This document shows positions 61,728 through 64,000 of a DNA stretch of 64,000 bases, piece by piece (the stretch's first letter is position 1; each line of letters starts with the position of its first letter). The notes beneath the pieces are model-generated. The model saw only the letters and a list, made by a program, of their open reading frames with translations. It did not search any database and was not told the origin of the DNA. Origin of the DNA: Thermodesulfobacteriota bacterium (GTDB lineage Bacteria > Desulfobacterota_D > UBA1144 > Nemesobacterales > UBA2774); assembly GCA_965216785.1 (NCBI GenBank), contig OZ244197.1, positions 1,728,001-1,792,000 of the forward strand, read 5' to 3'. The position numbers and the translations under genes were made by a program.

Positions 61728-63332
61728 ATGCGCGTGAGTGAAATGAAAATGAAACTCAACCAATACTGTGTGTCATCTAAATTCAGATTAGCGGGATACT
61801 GTTATGCATTTCTGGCTATAGTAATCTCCTTGTTCATATTCAGTGAGGGAGCCTACGGCAGGGAGTATGATACCAAGCCCGATGCCAAATACGTTATCTT
61901 AATGATTAGCGACGGCTGGGGGATAAAACACATCGAGGCCGCGGGTAAGTACACAGGCCGTACTCCGGTATATCAGTCATGGGACACGTTCTGGATGTCA
62001 ACTTACCCCGCCGGAGGCGGTTACGACACAGAGCTTGCGTGGTCTGATTTCCAATATGTTAAGAGCGGGGCGACCGATAGCTCCGCGTCGGCTACAGCAA
62101 TGTACACAGGCACAAAGACTAAACCGTCGATGATAGGTGTATCACCGGAAGGCAGGCGCCTGTTTTCAATCGCTGAAAAAGCCAAAATGTTAAATATGGC
62201 TGTAGGCGTAGTCAGTTCTTTGCAGATATCCCATGCTACCCCGGGTGCTTGGTACGCTCACAATGATTACAGGTTTAATTCGTACGCGATCGCGGAAGAG
62301 GGTTTGTTCGGCGACCCTCAGGCAACATACAGCAAATGGAATTGGAATGATAAGGCTAGGCATATTGCGCAAATGATTTTTAAGTGGCTGCCGCGCTCGC
62401 ATAAATTATTCAATGACTTATATGCCGGAGACCACGGCATTTCGGACCCTATAGAAGTATTAATAGGTGCAGACGGTACAGGCTACTTGGGTGAGCCTTA
62501 CATGAATGAGCACATTCGCGAGAAGCTTAGGAGTGAAAGCTCTCAGCCGGAAAAGCACACTCTGATTGAGAGCGTAGACGGAGAAGACGACGGAGTGCGT
62601 CTTAGTATGGCGGCTGAAAACGAAAGTATCACAAAGCTTGTGGGTTTATTCAAACACAGCTACCGCTTAGCCGACGGTTCCGGCCACAATCCGGAAAACC
62701 CCACACTTGCAGAAATGACGTCAGCCGCATTAAAAGTGCTTGGCCGCAACACCAATGGTTTCGGATTGCTTGTCGAGGGCGGAGCGGTCGATTTTGCCGC
62801 TCACAGCAATAATATGAATCAGATGCTGGGGGAGCAGATTGATTTTGACCAAGCCGTTGAGTCAGTAGTCGATTGGGTTGAAGACCCCTCAAACGGCAGT
62901 AACTGGAATAACACTCTTGTTCTCGTAACCGGAGATCACGAAACCGGCTATTTAACAGCCGGTCCGGGTATTTTCGCAGACCAGCCTCTCGGTGAAGTAA
63001 GTGAGAGAACACTTTCATTAGAGAAAATTGTTGAGGGAAGCGGTCGTCGCGCCAGCTGGGAGGATGTAGATGGGGACGGTGAAATAGGGAAGGATGAAAC
63101 CGTGTACTGGGCTTGGAACAGTGATAAACATACAAATAATCTTATCCCTTTATACGCCAAGGGGTTTAATTCCGAGCTCCTCGCGGGCTTTGCATTTAAT
63201 AAAGATCGGGTACGAGGCTCATTTATTGATAATACTCATGTGTACCATGTCATAGACACCGCAATATCACAACCATCGGCTAATGAAGGTATTAATGTAA
63301 ATATGGTCGGTATACCGAATCAAATACCCTAG
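61728..63332 (+). CDS. Alkaline phosphatase (PhoA family), exported
   Basis: MISDG, TDSSASAT (catalytic Ser), SHATPG, EGGAVDFAAH, TGDHETG. Confidence 0.9.
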   Translation: MRVSEMKMKLNQYCVSSKFRLAGYCYAFLAIVISLFIFSEGAYGREYDTKPDAKYVILMISDGWGIKHIEAAGKYTGRTPVYQSWDTFWMSTYPAGGGYDTELAWSDFQYVKSGATDSSASATAMYTGTKTKPSMIGVSPEGRRLFSIAEKAKMLNMAVGVVSSLQISHATPGAWYAHNDYRFNSYAIAEEGLFGDPQATYSKWNWNDKARHIAQMIFKWLPRSHKLFNDLYAGDHGISDPIEVLIGADGTGYLGEPYMNEHIREKLRSESSQPEKHTLIESVDGEDDGVRLSMAAENESITKLVGLFKHSYRLADGSGHNPENPTLAEMTSAALKVLGRNTNGFGLLVEGGAVDFAAHSNNMNQMLGEQIDFDQAVESVVDWVEDPSNGSNWNNTLVLVTGDHETGYLTAGPGIFADQPLGEVSERTLSLEKIVEGSGRRASWEDVDGDGEIGKDETVYWAWNSDKHTNNLIPLYAKGFNSELLAGFAFNKDRVRGSFIDNTHVYHVIDTAISQPSANEGINVNMVGIPNQIP

Positions 63333-63370
63333 TCCAGCCGGATATAAAATTCTACGAGTGAAAATCTCAA

Positions 63371-64000
63371 ATGAAAATACAAAAAGGTTTAATAAATATT
63401 ATGCTTTTGTCGATTATCTTTCTGCTGCTCATATCGTGCGGCAGTGATTCGGGCACGGAGCTAAGTGAATGGGCGAGTCTCTCCAGCAAAAGGGGAGAGA
63501 TTCCCGAGCCCGGACCTTCAAAACAGCAGACGGCTAGTCTGATTCTGGATGTGGATAAAGACGGAGTCAATGATTTTATCATAGCCAGCCGGCAAAAGGG
63601 CCCTTCAGTTTATTGGTATAGACGCGGAGGTGACGGATGGGAGAAATATTTAATAGAAAAAGACACTCTGCCCGTGGAGGCGGGAGGGGCGTTTCACGAC
63701 ATCGATAGGGACGGGGACCTCGACATAGTATTCGGGGCGGATGCGTCGGATAATAAAATGTGGTGGTGGGAGAACCCATATCCGGATTTTGATCCAAAGC
63801 GTTCATGGAAAAGGCGTGTAATAAAAAACTCGGGCGCTAAAAAGCATCACGACCAAATGTTCGGAGACTTCGACCACGACGGGGAGACGGAGCTCGTCTT
63901 CTGGAACCAAGGGGACAACAAGCTTTTTATGGCACAAATACCAAATGAGCCCAGACTCAGCGGGCCCTGGCTGTATACACAAATATTCTCGAGCGAATCA
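63371..64000 (+). CDS. FG-GAP/VCBS-repeat lipoprotein (3'-truncated; absent from ORF track)
   Basis: MKIQKG..LLISC lipobox; DVDKDGVND, DIDRDGDLDI and DFDHDGETE repeats; frame open to window end. Confidence 0.85.
   Translation, partial: MKIQKGLINIMLLSIIFLLLISCGSDSGTELSEWASLSSKRGEIPEPGPSKQQTASLILDVDKDGVNDFIIASRQKGPSVYWYRRGGDGWEKYLIEKDTLPVEAGGAFHDIDRDGDLDIVFGADASDNKMWWWENPYPDFDPKRSWKRRVIKNSGAKKHHDQMFGDFDHDGETELVFWNQGDNKLFMAQIPNEPRLSGPWLYTQIFSSES

Noticed and set aside
67-63806. Numerous 60-165 aa antisense or overlapping ORFs in the track
   Set aside because: Shadows of well-supported genes, without motifs or RBS
1-64000. CRISPR arrays, IS elements, integrases, prophage, tRNA/rRNA
   Set aside because: No regularly spaced repeats, terminal inverted repeats or corresponding protein/RNA signatures seen by eye

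Overview
Bacterial chromosomal window with no rRNA, tRNA, CRISPR or transposase recognised. The IPTL-CTERM protein and gene content suggest a deltaproteobacteria-like lineage such as Ca. Dadabacteria, but this is a weak inference. There are three blocks. (1) 1-13.4 kb: a 5'-truncated malate synthase-isocitrate lyase fusion, trhO, a strong candidate anti-Shine-Dalgarno sRNA, an IPTL-CTERM protein, a GH/GT-C pair, an arylsulfatase and a cytochrome c. (2) 13.5-33.6 kb: a stress/dormancy-type island (cytochrome c peroxidase, ADH, D-LDH, PEP synthase, AhpD-like, antiporter, USP, CBS, archaeal-type SAM synthetase, Pcm, YbaK, GGQ-less aeRF1-like protein, ICMT-family methyltransferase, YhiI-RbbA-YhhJ). 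Six of its transcription units have near-consensus sigma54 -24/-12 promoters, and four share an upstream TGT-N11-AC(A/G) enhancer-like site. (3) 33.9-64 kb: a NarL-type two-component set and a UpxY/RfaH-type antiterminator heading a Wzx/Wzy exopolysaccharide locus with unusual kinase/nucleotidyltransferase and C-methyl-sugar genes, running off the right edge. The best candidates for undescribed biology are the sigma54-wired SAM-supply/protein-repair/ribosome-hibernation module, the CCUCC sRNA and the NTase-TMK-APH tri-domain enzyme. All calls come from motif reading by eye; no database searches were run.
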